In this document: in pieces, positions 54,776-64,000 of the stretch | How the letters are laid out: the number at the start of each line of letters is the position of its first letter | Position numbering within the stretch: the stretch's first letter is position 1 | Origin: Salisapilia sapeloensis CBS 127946 | Lineage: Eukaryota > Protista > Oomycota | Direction of reading: 5' to 3' | Assembly (NCBI GenBank): GCA_023334545.1 | Contig: JAADVB010000088.1 | Span: 1,798 to 65,797, forward strand | DNA length: 64,000 nt | Notes under the pieces: model-generated | Told to the model about the DNA's origin: nothing | The model's database searches: none | The model's input: only the letters and a program-made list of their open reading frames with translations | Program-made: the position numbers and the translations under genes

Positions 54776-56092
54776 TTACATTTCTTCTTCGGGTGGGAAG
54801 AGACTTATATCGACGTCACTCTCTAGCTTTGGCACAAACGGGGCTTTCACCTTTCGATTCGCAAGTTCTAACCATTTCCTCTCGTTAGGATAAAACTGTT
54901 GAAAGAACCGCGAGCGTTTGACGTCTTGCCAACCCTGCGGTCGATTGACCGACTGTTTCTGAAGTAGCCATGTCATCAACTCTACAGCTTCTGGGTGTTT
55001 CTGTGCGAAGCCTAGCGGAAATACCACGTCATCTTCGAGTATTCGACGGCTCATCTCCCGTCGATTGTCATGCTGAAAAGGGGTCACGCCACAGAATAAT
55101 TCGTACAGAAGAATCCCAAAAGCCCATAGCTCAATGCACGCTCCATACTCTTTTCGTCGCAGCATCTCTGGCGCCATGTATTCTACACTACCGCATATCG
55201 TTACACTCATTGCATCACTTGCACCTGGCTTAGCCAATCCAAAGTCGATGAGCTTTGGATAGCCACACGTGTCCAACAAGACATTTTCTAACTTTACATC
55301 ACGATACAAAATTCCGACAGAATGCACGTGTTCCAGTGCAAGTAACACGCATCCGGCATAAAACACTACGTGTGCCTCCTTTAGGCCACCAAAGTCACCC
55401 TGAAGGTCACGTCGAGCCTGTTCGTTGTCCAATTTATACAAAGAATTTCGGTGCGACGAGCAGTGGGAATGCGCTACATCCTGTCGCGTAGATACATTCT
55501 TACTATTGGATGGCGACAAGGGCGTTGGCTCCGTTTTGATTTCGTCTATTTCCGACTCGGAATCTGTAGCTGTTGTTAAAGACCGGTCACTTTTCTCTTT
55601 TCGTGCCAGTGTACCAGTAGATGGAGGTTCTTCTTCTAATTCGTCGCGTTCGGTGTATACGAGACTGTATAGCTCGCCGCCTGAGCAGAACTCAATGACC
55701 ATGTAGATTGCATCCGCGTCTTGAAAAGTTGTATAAAAGGTTACAATCAGAGGGTAGTCGAGAGATAGGTGGACCATTTGCTCTCGTAACAAGTTGGTTT
55801 CCTGCTTTAACTCTCGGATCCTCTGTTTATGCAACACTTTGATGGCGACGATAACACCAGTTCGTACGTGTCTTGCTAACTTGACGATGCCAAAAGAGCC
55901 TCGACCAATGTCGGATAAAATCTGAAATTCACTGATAGAACTTGCATTGCTCACGAGAAACTGACGTGTACTAAAGGATGGTCTTGAACCTGACGAACTT
56001 CGAGCTCGAGATAGTCGACTTGACGTCGATGTTCGAGCTCGTAAATCCATCAGTTTATTCCATAGCGGAGTAATGGCTGACTTGAATCTCAT
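54776..56092 (-). CDS. AGC-family protein kinase with a long insert in the kinase domain
   Basis: IGRGSFG, VAIK, YRDVKLEN, DFG, CGSVEYMAPE and APFVP. There is an acidic/S-rich insert after GGELY. Confidence 0.9.
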   Translation of the reverse strand: MRFKSAITPLWNKLMDLRARTSTSSRLSRARSSSGSRPSFSTRQFLVSNASSISEFQILSDIGRGSFGIVKLARHVRTGVIVAIKVLHKQRIRELKQETNLLREQMVHLSLDYPLIVTFYTTFQDADAIYMVIEFCSGGELYSLVYTERDELEEEPPSTGTLARKEKSDRSLTTATDSESEIDEIKTEPTPLSPSNSKNVSTRQDVAHSHCSSHRNSLYKLDNEQARRDLQGDFGGLKEAHVVFYAGCVLLALEHVHSVGILYRDVKLENVLLDTCGYPKLIDFGLAKPGASDAMSVTICGSVEYMAPEMLRRKEYGACIELWAFGILLYELFCGVTPFQHDNRREMSRRILEDDVVFPLGFAQKHPEAVELMTWLLQKQSVNRPQGWQDVKRSRFFQQFYPNERKWLELANRKVKAPFVPKLESDVDISLFPPEEEM

Positions 56093-56523
56093 CGTGGACA
56101 GCGTCAAGACACCCTATGCAGTTAAACGCTTATCCTAGGTCGTAAAGAGCAATCCAAGGCCTCTTGCGTTTTCCTTTGGTGGCCCGTAATGGGTTTGTCT
56201 TGACCAAGTGCAACCAAGGGCGACTGTTGGGAACTGATCGTATAGCTAGGATACACTATTCCTGTCGCTATTTTCACTCGTATATCGCGATGCGACAGAG
56301 AGACTTTCGCGAAGGCTCCAAGTCGTTTTTATCTCTGCCTCGTGGTGCTCGTTCTTTAGTCGCTGAATTGTGGCATGAACGACGATCGAACTGATTTCAG
56401 ATGTGGGACAGTAGACAGTACATTTTCCAGTCGAGCGTCCAACTAGGTTCGATTTTGCAGCTCGGGATCGACCTACTGGAATATTGGACAGAGTGAGAGA
56501 CAATCACGCCGGTTGCTTCCGAG

Positions 56524-57960
56524 ATGCTGCGACGCGTTGCAGATGAACGAGTCTTCCACGGATCGGATGACATTGTCATATCTCATACGATCTTACCCAA
56601 CGCCTCGAACGACACGACACGACCGATCTCCGCTGCGACGTACACTTCCAATCGTAGTGACGGGTCCCGACGACCTCACTCGAACGAAGCATTTCCGTCC
56701 CATCGATATCACGAAACGTATGAAGGTGAAGAGGACGCCCCACATCTTGTAGTGGACTCCAAAGGACAAGAGATTAAGCTGCGTGAAGAATGTGAATCCG
56801 ACTCGGACATTCCGCCAACTCATTTATTGCTCGAGTCACCTGCGCCGAAAGGTGTCCCAGCCGTCCAATCGTCCAAAGCAAGATCAGGCAGGTACATAGG
56901 CTCGAGTTCTGCGCACCAAAGGCAACAGAGTAAGGACTCGACAGGTTCTGGTCGAAAGTCTGCCAATAGAGCAAAGCAAAAGGATAGAAGCAGAAAAGCG
57001 CCAGAGCCAAAAGACTGTGAACAAGAAGAAGGACGGAAACGAAACTCAAAGAAGCAATCCAAGCGTCAAGTAAACCGTTCAGCTCCATTCGAAAGTAGTG
57101 AATCAGATGCAGATGACTACATGCGCTATGCTATGGAGTCTTCCGACTCATCCGATGCAGCTCCAAAGTCACGACATTCTCACACGAGACAAAAAGAGAC
57201 GAAACCGACGTCAGACTCGGACTCGGACGAGTTCGAATATTCGCCCAAGTTGAAAAACTCTAGTCATAACCATGAAAATGGTAGCTTAGTCAGTAGCATC
57301 AATTCTCGGCAGGATCAACACAGACGCATGAGTAGCATGACGCAGCTCCTTCAGTGCCAAACGGAAAATGAAAAGCTGCGGCAACAACTAGCCCAGACCA
57401 AGTCGCGATTGCGTCAACAGGAAGAAGCATCCAACACTCGCATCGACGAGTTGACTCGATCGCACCAAAAGCAACTTGAGCGTATGCAAGAAGAACACGA
57501 TCGTCAACTGGGTCAGTCGAAAGGAAATACAAAAGACGCTGAACGGTTGCGTAGTCAGCTTCAGGCATTACGAGACCAAGTGCAAACATACCAACGTCGT
57601 ATCCATAGGTGGGAAAAGCGTAGTCAATTAGCTATCGACTGCTCTGACGATTCCCATCGGTCAAAAGCATTGTGGGAAAGCATTTGGAAAGACCTTCCTT
57701 CCTTTCAAGAGCCTGCAGCTACAGATGAAGAAGGCGAACATACGATCCAGTATCTACACACTGCTCTAGTAGAACGAAACCAAAAGCTGGAAGAGATGAA
57801 AGCCAAGTGGGAGGCACTGCAACAGTCGAATATTTCAAAGGACGGTAGGGGAAAGAAAGATACATTTTATGCACCTCCAAAGGTGCAAGTGAAAGCCAAG
57901 GGCGAGCACAAGGGAAAGAAAACTGGCGTAAAGAAGCGTGTGCAACATCCTTGGGTTTAA
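56524..57960 (+). CDS. Hypothetical low-complexity / coiled-coil protein
   Basis: 478-aa ORF with an S/K/R/E-rich N-half and a heptad-rich C-half. No family recognised. Confidence 0.6.
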   Translation: MLRRVADERVFHGSDDIVISHTILPNASNDTTRPISAATYTSNRSDGSRRPHSNEAFPSHRYHETYEGEEDAPHLVVDSKGQEIKLREECESDSDIPPTHLLLESPAPKGVPAVQSSKARSGRYIGSSSAHQRQQSKDSTGSGRKSANRAKQKDRSRKAPEPKDCEQEEGRKRNSKKQSKRQVNRSAPFESSESDADDYMRYAMESSDSSDAAPKSRHSHTRQKETKPTSDSDSDEFEYSPKLKNSSHNHENGSLVSSINSRQDQHRRMSSMTQLLQCQTENEKLRQQLAQTKSRLRQQEEASNTRIDELTRSHQKQLERMQEEHDRQLGQSKGNTKDAERLRSQLQALRDQVQTYQRRIHRWEKRSQLAIDCSDDSHRSKALWESIWKDLPSFQEPAATDEEGEHTIQYLHTALVERNQKLEEMKAKWEALQQSNISKDGRGKKDTFYAPPKVQVKAKGEHKGKKTGVKKRVQHPWV

Positions 57961-58006
57961 CTTCCATCGGAAGACAGTACATTTCACTTTTCTCCTACTT
58001 TCATGT

Positions 58007-59054
58007 TTATGGCGTCGAAGTGCTCCAGCCATGAAAGCTCTGATACGGGTTGAAGGACGGTTTGTTCTGATGTAGCTCGTCAAACCATGGATGATCCATC
58101 GCTTCTCTTGCGGAGATACGTCCCGTCGGTTCATACACGAGCATCCTCTATGTTCTCATTAGCCTTTGATGGCGCCATACTTGCCATTACACATACCGAC
58201 AAAAGATCGAGGCCGTCGGCATCCAGCATCGGGACGACGCTCTGGAGCGGTTGCTCCTTCCAATTGGGAAACACAGGCTGGTACGCAGGTAGACTTGAAA
58301 CGCCTGGCCACGTGTATTCGTCTGGTGTCCCGAGCACTCTACATCACGCCATAAGAAGTCGTTTCCGTAGATATAAACAGAAAGCAGCCTACCGAAAGAT
58401 ACGAAAGAGTTCATCAATTTCAGAATCGCCTGGAAACAAGGGCTGGCGACTAGCGAGTTCTGCCAAGATACAGCCAGCGCTCCAAATGTCGACACCGGTA
58501 GAGTAGTGGTTGTTGCCTAGTAAAATCTCCGGTGGTCGGTACCACAGCGTCACGACTTCGTGCGTGTATCGTCTAACAGGCGGAGAGAGTAGTCGACTAA
58601 GTCCAAAATCTGCGATTTTTAGATTGCCCGATTGGTCCACGAGCAGGTTCTGTGGCTTGAGGTCTCGATGTATGATGCTCTCTTGATGGCAATGGGCCAA
58701 GCCAGCAAGCATTTGGTAGAAAAAGCGTTTAATTAAAATTCTCTCTTCCAACAATGGAGCTCGACGATGGTCATCCATGTAGTGTTTCAAGTCTTGTTGC
58801 ATGCATTCAAATACTAGGTACAGTCGATTGGAGCCGCAGACGACGATATCATCTAGCAATACGATATTCGGGTGGTGGGATAAGTTCATGAGAAGCGAGA
58901 TTTCACGCATTGTGGTTGGCGGCAGTCCTTCCACTTCACCTTCCAATCGGACCTTTTTCAATGCTCGGATTTGGTTCGTGCATTGGTCACGAGCCTTATA
59001 GACAACTCCATACGTGCCTTCACCAAGCCGCTCAAGCCTTTGAAAACGGTCCAT
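58007..59054 (-). CDS. Cyclin-dependent kinase (CDK1/2-like fold) with a PPTTMRE motif; 3 exons
   Basis: [32 protein letters not shown] and [14 protein letters not shown]. Spliced C-terminal exons: VLGTP...GLDLLS/RMLVYEP...HPWF. Confidence 0.92.
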
Positions 59055-60762
59055 GCTTCTGCTTTCAATTGTAGAAAGCTGGCGTCGATTGCAATGGATG
59101 GGATGGAATGTGAAGGATGGCACTGGCAGGTGCTTCAAGCCGGAGGACTTGAGGAGATGATAGAGTAATACGGGGGAACCGATACGAGTCACGAAGGTGA
59201 TCTGCGACTGGCTTTGGCAGCAGCAAAAGTAGCAGTTACAAGTTAATGCGGATCCTTTCCCGAGAGATGTGCACTTAGTAAATGCGTGAATAGTTATATA
59301 TTTCACAATGTTTATCATGAAAATGAATGTTGTGCATATATCGTTTGCATAAAAGTATGCGAATTTGGCGGGAAAGATGGATATGGTTCGAGCGATCTGT
59401 GCTGTCGTTGCCATGACTGCTCCACAAACCAGCTATGTTGGTCCTCAAGAAGCCTTCTCATGATTCCTTGTGAGTGGGTAAAAAATAAAAAGCGTGTAGG
59501 ATAAGCAACAAAATGATCATTTTCCGTGGCTATAAGTAATAGAGCTTTACCAGAGGGGTATGGCGTGCTTGACGAGGATGAGAATAGTGCCTCAGTACAA
59601 AGTGCAGTCTGCTCGTTTCTAAAGGCTTTATTTGCTTAGCTAAAATGTCTCGTTGCGTTTGTCATGGAGCTAGCTATCGTTTTACTATGTTATATTGATG
59701 CATTATTCTATCTGGCTGTCCAGTAACTTTAATATAGGAGGATGCCTGCATTTGTCTAGCTCATATCCACTCGGATAAGATGACCATTCTTCAGATACGA
59801 AGATCAAGACTGTAGCCACAAAGATATGCTTTATTTTATACGTCTTAATTGGAGATAACTTTGCAACTAAAGGTCATGAATACCATCCTTTAAATGCGGC
59901 AATAGACTGATTGTCGGTATTTCCATGGTCATATCTGCGCCATCGATGTGTGCACTTAAGCAGTAAGCTTTTGCAAATCAACTTGTTATCGTCGCCATAA
60001 TGCACAGTTTGTTGTTACATGTAGCGAGGGCAAAGTGACTAACTTCGCTTTGCTTCGCAAAAGTTGCCTGGATGTAAGATATGAAAGGCTGACAAAATAG
60101 AGCCATTGCGCTATCTTGCAATGTAGTCCAACAAATTTGTAGCTAGTTTGAACTGCTTCGTCTTGTTGAGGGATGTAATGCGTCAAGTGGTTTGTTTCCG
60201 TTGGTATCCAACGCGTCCGATTCTATCATGCCGCAGTCCCTTGATACATGTACAAACGAAAAAGTTGCTAAAAGATACTCGTTAAAGTTTGTTGAAATTT
60301 CAGAAAAGCAAGGAATCGATCAAGATTGGACCAAGTCGAGTGACGATTTCCAAGTTGCAAACTAAAAATTAGTTGCAATCAGCAATCGATTTATAATCTG
60401 TAACAGCTTCATTTATTTGATACCGCGAATACAAGTATTTTGTCAGTACATTGCATGTGAATGCGTACGAGAGCTTAGACTTGCATCGTCGAGCCTATCG
60501 ATGTGCTCGTCTATCGTCCGTGCTCAGCAGCTTCCACAGTACTCCTACACTATACAAAAAACACCTCAAGCGCCAGTCACGACTCGACAATCTCGAGACC
60601 GTGGTAGGTACGATCATGACTAGATTACGTGATCCCATATCGCCTGATTACGAGGTAAGCACGAAGGACCAATGAGGATCGAGCGATAGTGAATTATCCA
60701 ACACTTGACATCAATTTATCTACGTAGAATCGATGCTACGATCGACAGTTTCTACGCTTCGT

Positions 60763-60778
60763 TCATTCTCGATTTCGC
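60763..60778 (+). promoter_or_regulatory. INR/FPR-like element TCATTCTCGATTTCGC
   Basis: TCATTY followed by ATTTCGC, ~35 nt upstream of the WrbA-like ATG. Confidence 0.5.
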
Positions 60779-60811
60779 TTCTTTCAGCGCACATCTACGC
60801 CAGAGAAAAGT

Positions 60812-61636
60812 ATGGGTTGCAGCCAAAGCAAGAACGCCGACGTGGTCGGTCAGAACACCAGTAACCAGCCTGCTAATGAAAACAACAACAACAACCAGCA
60901 TGCGAATGCTACCGCCAATAATAATGACAACGCTGCTACCACGGAGCAGACGACTCGTAAGGAAGAGCCTAAGCAAGAAGCTGCCGAACAATCGAGCGAA
61001 ACCACGGTACACAAGGAGGAATCTAGCTCGAAGAAGCCTACGATTGCGATTATCTACTACTCCATGTACGGACACGTCGCGACGCTTGCTGAGAGCATTA
61101 AGAAGGGTGTCGAAAAGGCCGGAGATGTCGATGTGAAAATCTACCAGATGGCCGAGACGTTGCCCGACGATGTCCTCGAGAAGATGGGTGCTCCTGCCAA
61201 GAAGGACTACCCCATTGCGTCGCCAGAGACGATCCGGGATGCCGACGGTGTTCTCTTTGGTATTCCCACTCGTTTCGGTTCTACACCGGCACAAATGCGT
61301 TCGCTGTTGGACGCATGCGGAGGTCTCTGGGGTGAAGGTGCCCTCGTCGGCAAGCCTGCCGGCATCTTCGTCAGCACTGGATCTCAGAGCGGTGGCCAAG
61401 AGTCCACGGCATGGACGACCGCTACGTTCCTTGCGCACAACGGTATGATCTTCGTTCCGCTAGGTTACCGTGACCCGAAAATCTTCAACATGGACGAAGT
61501 GCACGGTGGTAGCGCCTATGGTGCTGGCACCTTTGCCGGTTCCGATGGGTCTCGCCAGCCGTCGCAGCTAGAGCTCGACCTGGCCGTGACGCAAGGAGAG
61601 AGCTTTACGGCCATTGTAAAGAAGTTGACCGCGTAA
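60812..61636 (+). CDS. Flavodoxin-like NAD(P)H:quinone oxidoreductase (WrbA/PST2 family) with an N-terminal acylation motif
   Basis: IIYYSMYGH, GIPTRFG, LVGKPAGIF.STG.QSGGQE and GGSAYGAGT. The N-terminus is MGCSQSK followed by an N/E/K-rich linker. Confidence 0.93.
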   Translation: MGCSQSKNADVVGQNTSNQPANENNNNNQHANATANNNDNAATTEQTTRKEEPKQEAAEQSSETTVHKEESSSKKPTIAIIYYSMYGHVATLAESIKKGVEKAGDVDVKIYQMAETLPDDVLEKMGAPAKKDYPIASPETIRDADGVLFGIPTRFGSTPAQMRSLLDACGGLWGEGALVGKPAGIFVSTGSQSGGQESTAWTTATFLAHNGMIFVPLGYRDPKIFNMDEVHGGSAYGAGTFAGSDGSRQPSQLELDLAVTQGESFTAIVKKLTA

Positions 61637-61755
61637 GTCTATTTTGTTATTTTTACGACGACGAGCGCTACTTTTGTCAAAAACAGCAACACGATCTGCT
61701 ACATTTTTTCTTACTTCCTATCTTATGCTTTTCAAGATGAACCATCACTTCTTCA

Positions 61756-62382
61756 TTATCGAACCGTCGGATCGGATACAGGCTTTAATTTGTAGAGTGA
61801 CAAAGGAGGTTGCACAAGTACTCGTTCATATGTCAAAATGTGTTCGATGCACTGGAAAAAGTCGGCAAGCGATGCATCATCGCCACGAGATTCATAGGCG
61901 AGATACGTGACGGTGTCGGCATGGCTAAGTCGACGGATACTTTGCGCCAACTGTCGCCACGAGTCTGAACCGTAGATTGGGTTGATGCAATCCGAGACGA
62001 GGATGCAGTCCACCTGTTCGAATGGCAGGGACATGGTCGTGCCCCACCGAAATTCCGCAATTTGGACTCGACGCCGTTCGGACGCGCCGAGGTTGCTATC
62101 GGCGTTCTGCTGGAGCAACTCGAGGACTTGAGATTGGTCGGTAAGGACTACATTTGCACCCAGAGTCGCTGTTACAAGGCCAGAGAGTCCGCATCCACTC
62201 CCTAATTCGACGACATTGCATTCGTCCCAACCATCCAAAGTCAGGAGATGCTCCGCGAGAAATGCGCTAGCGTCCCACACACGCGATGCTGTCCATGCAT
62301 CATCAAATATAGGAGCTAGGTAATCCCCAGATAACGTCTCTGAGAGTTCAAAGCTGCGATTGCCGACTTGCACGCGCTTCAT
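61756..62382 (-). CDS. METTL21-like (family 16) protein lysine methyltransferase
   Basis: WTASRVWDAS, VVELGSGCG, VVLTD and DCILVSDCI. Confidence 0.85.
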   Translation of the reverse strand: MKRVQVGNRSFELSETLSGDYLAPIFDDAWTASRVWDASAFLAEHLLTLDGWDECNVVELGSGCGLSGLVTATLGANVVLTDQSQVLELLQQNADSNLGASERRRVQIAEFRWGTTMSLPFEQVDCILVSDCINPIYGSDSWRQLAQSIRRLSHADTVTYLAYESRGDDASLADFFQCIEHILTYERVLVQPPLSLYKLKPVSDPTVR

Positions 62383-62980
62383 CGACGCTTTTGGGTAGTT
62401 CCAGCAGTTTGTGTCTGGTTGGGTATAGTTAAATCAAGTACAAATAGTTTCAAATCATCACACAAAGCTCGATTTGAGATATAATTCCAGGCAGCCTAAG
62501 AATCTTGTATGCACTATAGACTTTCAAAGGAGAAGCAAAGACGCTTTGATGGAGACTAAAGCGGGCTTGATGTCCCTTGTAGAATCATGGCTGATATTGA
62601 AGTCTGCCGAGAGCATCGCACCATCTGAGTAGAAGTGTGTCATTTGGAGTTTACAACTTGATGACCTTGTTTCCACAATGATCTTCTACTTTTTTCATAC
62701 ACCTCCAGTCATAGTCAAGTACGACAAACGCTTGCATCGTTCCAATCCTTCACTTTGTCTCTCTCGACGCGATCGACGCTGCTTGACATCGTGTTAAACT
62801 CTAGCACCCAAAACGTTTACAAAACAAGACGATCATTCCAGCCTGCATTCTGTTCACCAACCAATCACGCTCGTTGCCACGAGTCGCAATGTTGACGGCA
62901 TCCGAATTTTTCCTCGAAGATCGCGTGGCGAGATCCTGCTCACTATTCGATTTGCATCCGACCAAAGAAGCGCATCTACT

Positions 62981-63874
62981 ATGTCTTCCTTCCGCCATTT
63001 TATCTCGAAAGCTTCTGGCGCAGCCTACCCGCCGGAGAAGGGCCGATACCACTACTACATGGCCTACGCCTGCCCCTTCGTCGGCCGATCGCTCACAGCA
63101 CTCTACCTGAACAACCTCGAGGACTACTTCACGTTCACGGTCGCCCACTCGGTGAAGGAACGCACGCGTCCGAATGACCCGGAGGACACGTACGAAGGAT
63201 GGATGTTCGTCGACCCGGCCAAGGAGAAGACGGTAACCATCAAGGGCAAGGAGTACCCGACCGACGGATGCACCCCGGACACGGTGAACAACAAGAAGTT
63301 CATTCGTGATATCTACGACAGCGCGGATAATGAGAAGCACCCGTACACTGTCCCGATGATCTTTGACAAGAAGACGATGACGATCGTGAACAGTGAGTCG
63401 GCCGACCAGGTGCGCATGTTCAGCAAAGCGTTCGAAGGTCTGACGGACGCCCACGTGGACCTCGTCCCGGAGGACATTGAGAAGGACATTGACGCCATGA
63501 ACGACGGACTGAACTCGGACGTCATGAAAGCGTGGGCTTCCGTCACCTTCCGCGACGGTTCGCCGGACGAACTCTACGAACAACTGGAGAAACTGGAGAA
63601 GATCTTAGCCAAGGAGAAGTACCTTGTGGGCGGCCGATTGACCGAGTCAGACGTGCGCATGTTCCATACCCTCCTGCGTTTGGATATGGTCACAAAGGAC
63701 GACATGAAGAAGTTGACCGACTACCCGAACGTGGCGGGTTACATGCAGGAGCTGTACCAGATTCCGGCCTTTAAGAAGACGGTGCACTTCCCGCACCTCA
63801 AGCTCGCCTTCTCGACCAATCCGGCGTTCAAGGGTCCGTTTGTCGACTATGACGCACCGTCCAGCCGCAAGTAG
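62981..63874 (+). CDS. Glutathione S-transferase, Xi-class / glutathionyl-hydroquinone reductase (YqjG/ECM4)-like, divergent
   Basis: GRYHYYMAYACPF, FIRDIY, YTVPMIFDKK..TIVNSES, YLVGGRLTESDVR and LYQIPAFKKTV. Confidence 0.85.
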   Translation: MSSFRHFISKASGAAYPPEKGRYHYYMAYACPFVGRSLTALYLNNLEDYFTFTVAHSVKERTRPNDPEDTYEGWMFVDPAKEKTVTIKGKEYPTDGCTPDTVNNKKFIRDIYDSADNEKHPYTVPMIFDKKTMTIVNSESADQVRMFSKAFEGLTDAHVDLVPEDIEKDIDAMNDGLNSDVMKAWASVTFRDGSPDELYEQLEKLEKILAKEKYLVGGRLTESDVRMFHTLLRLDMVTKDDMKKLTDYPNVAGYMQELYQIPAFKKTVHFPHLKLAFSTNPAFKGPFVDYDAPSSRK

Positions 63875-64000
63875 ATGTTGGTTTGGTAATTTGGCCAAGT
63901 TTCCACGTTCGAGACAGAGTTCATCTGGGTTTCTAAATCACCAAAGCACTATTTCTTATATGCCACGTTCCTTGTCTCGTACCCGTTCTTTCTTTTCTGC

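Noticed and set aside
58389-59414. 120-aa N-terminal extension of the CDK ORF in the track
   Set aside because: It starts at a non-ATG/upstream codon, has Cys/Phe-rich non-coding-like composition, and the canonical CDK start MDRF is at 59054.
59420-60700. 1.3-kb AT-richer gap between the divergent CDK and WrbA genes
   Set aside because: Short ORFs only, with no convincing RNA gene or repeat. Consistent with a divergent promoter region.
60752-61438. 228-aa ORF antisense to WrbA (likewise 62801-63583 against the GST and 47205-47762 against Ub-RPS27A)
   Set aside because: Same codon-bias shadow effect. They fully overlap well-supported genes.

Overview
Gene-dense eukaryotic nuclear DNA, most likely from an oomycete (stramenopile). 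The assignment is inferred from short ~50-60 nt spliceosomal introns, INR/FPR-type core promoters, and expanded S8 subtilisin, FBT-type transporter, START-FYVE and TKL/LRR-kinase families. About 40 protein-coding genes are supportable. The 1-26 kb part is a tightly packed core block with near-alternating strands: SmD3, mitochondrial carrier, NIP7, RPS16, TopoVIB-like, FBT transporter, subtilisin, DPM2, TOM22-like, NBAS/Sec39, EMC8/9, JMJD6, a galectin-RRM fusion, a lipoate-ligase-family gene and a BED/hAT-derived gene. The 26-36 kb part is a looser tandem array of four secreted subtilisins with a possible piggyBac relic. The 36-64 kb part holds lipid enzymes, an LRR receptor kinase, a DUF4833-like gene, a START-FYVE gene, Ub-RPS27A, several kinases and a WrbA / methyltransferase / Xi-class GST trio. 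No rRNA, tRNA, CRISPR array or intact transposon was found. The leads most worth following are: (1) a galectin-fold + RGG + RRM fusion; (2) long fold-back structures in the oversized introns of both ribosomal-protein genes, including a GNRA hairpin next to an AG|GT junction upstream of Ub-RPS27A; (3) a TopoVIB-like protein that keeps its ATPase motifs but appears to lack the H2TH domain; (4) a catalytically degenerate, apparently domesticated BED-hAT gene; (5) a Xi-class GST that has lost its conserved tyrosines, next to an N-acylated WrbA. All family assignments come from motif recognition by eye, with no database searches. Exon boundaries are manual inferences.
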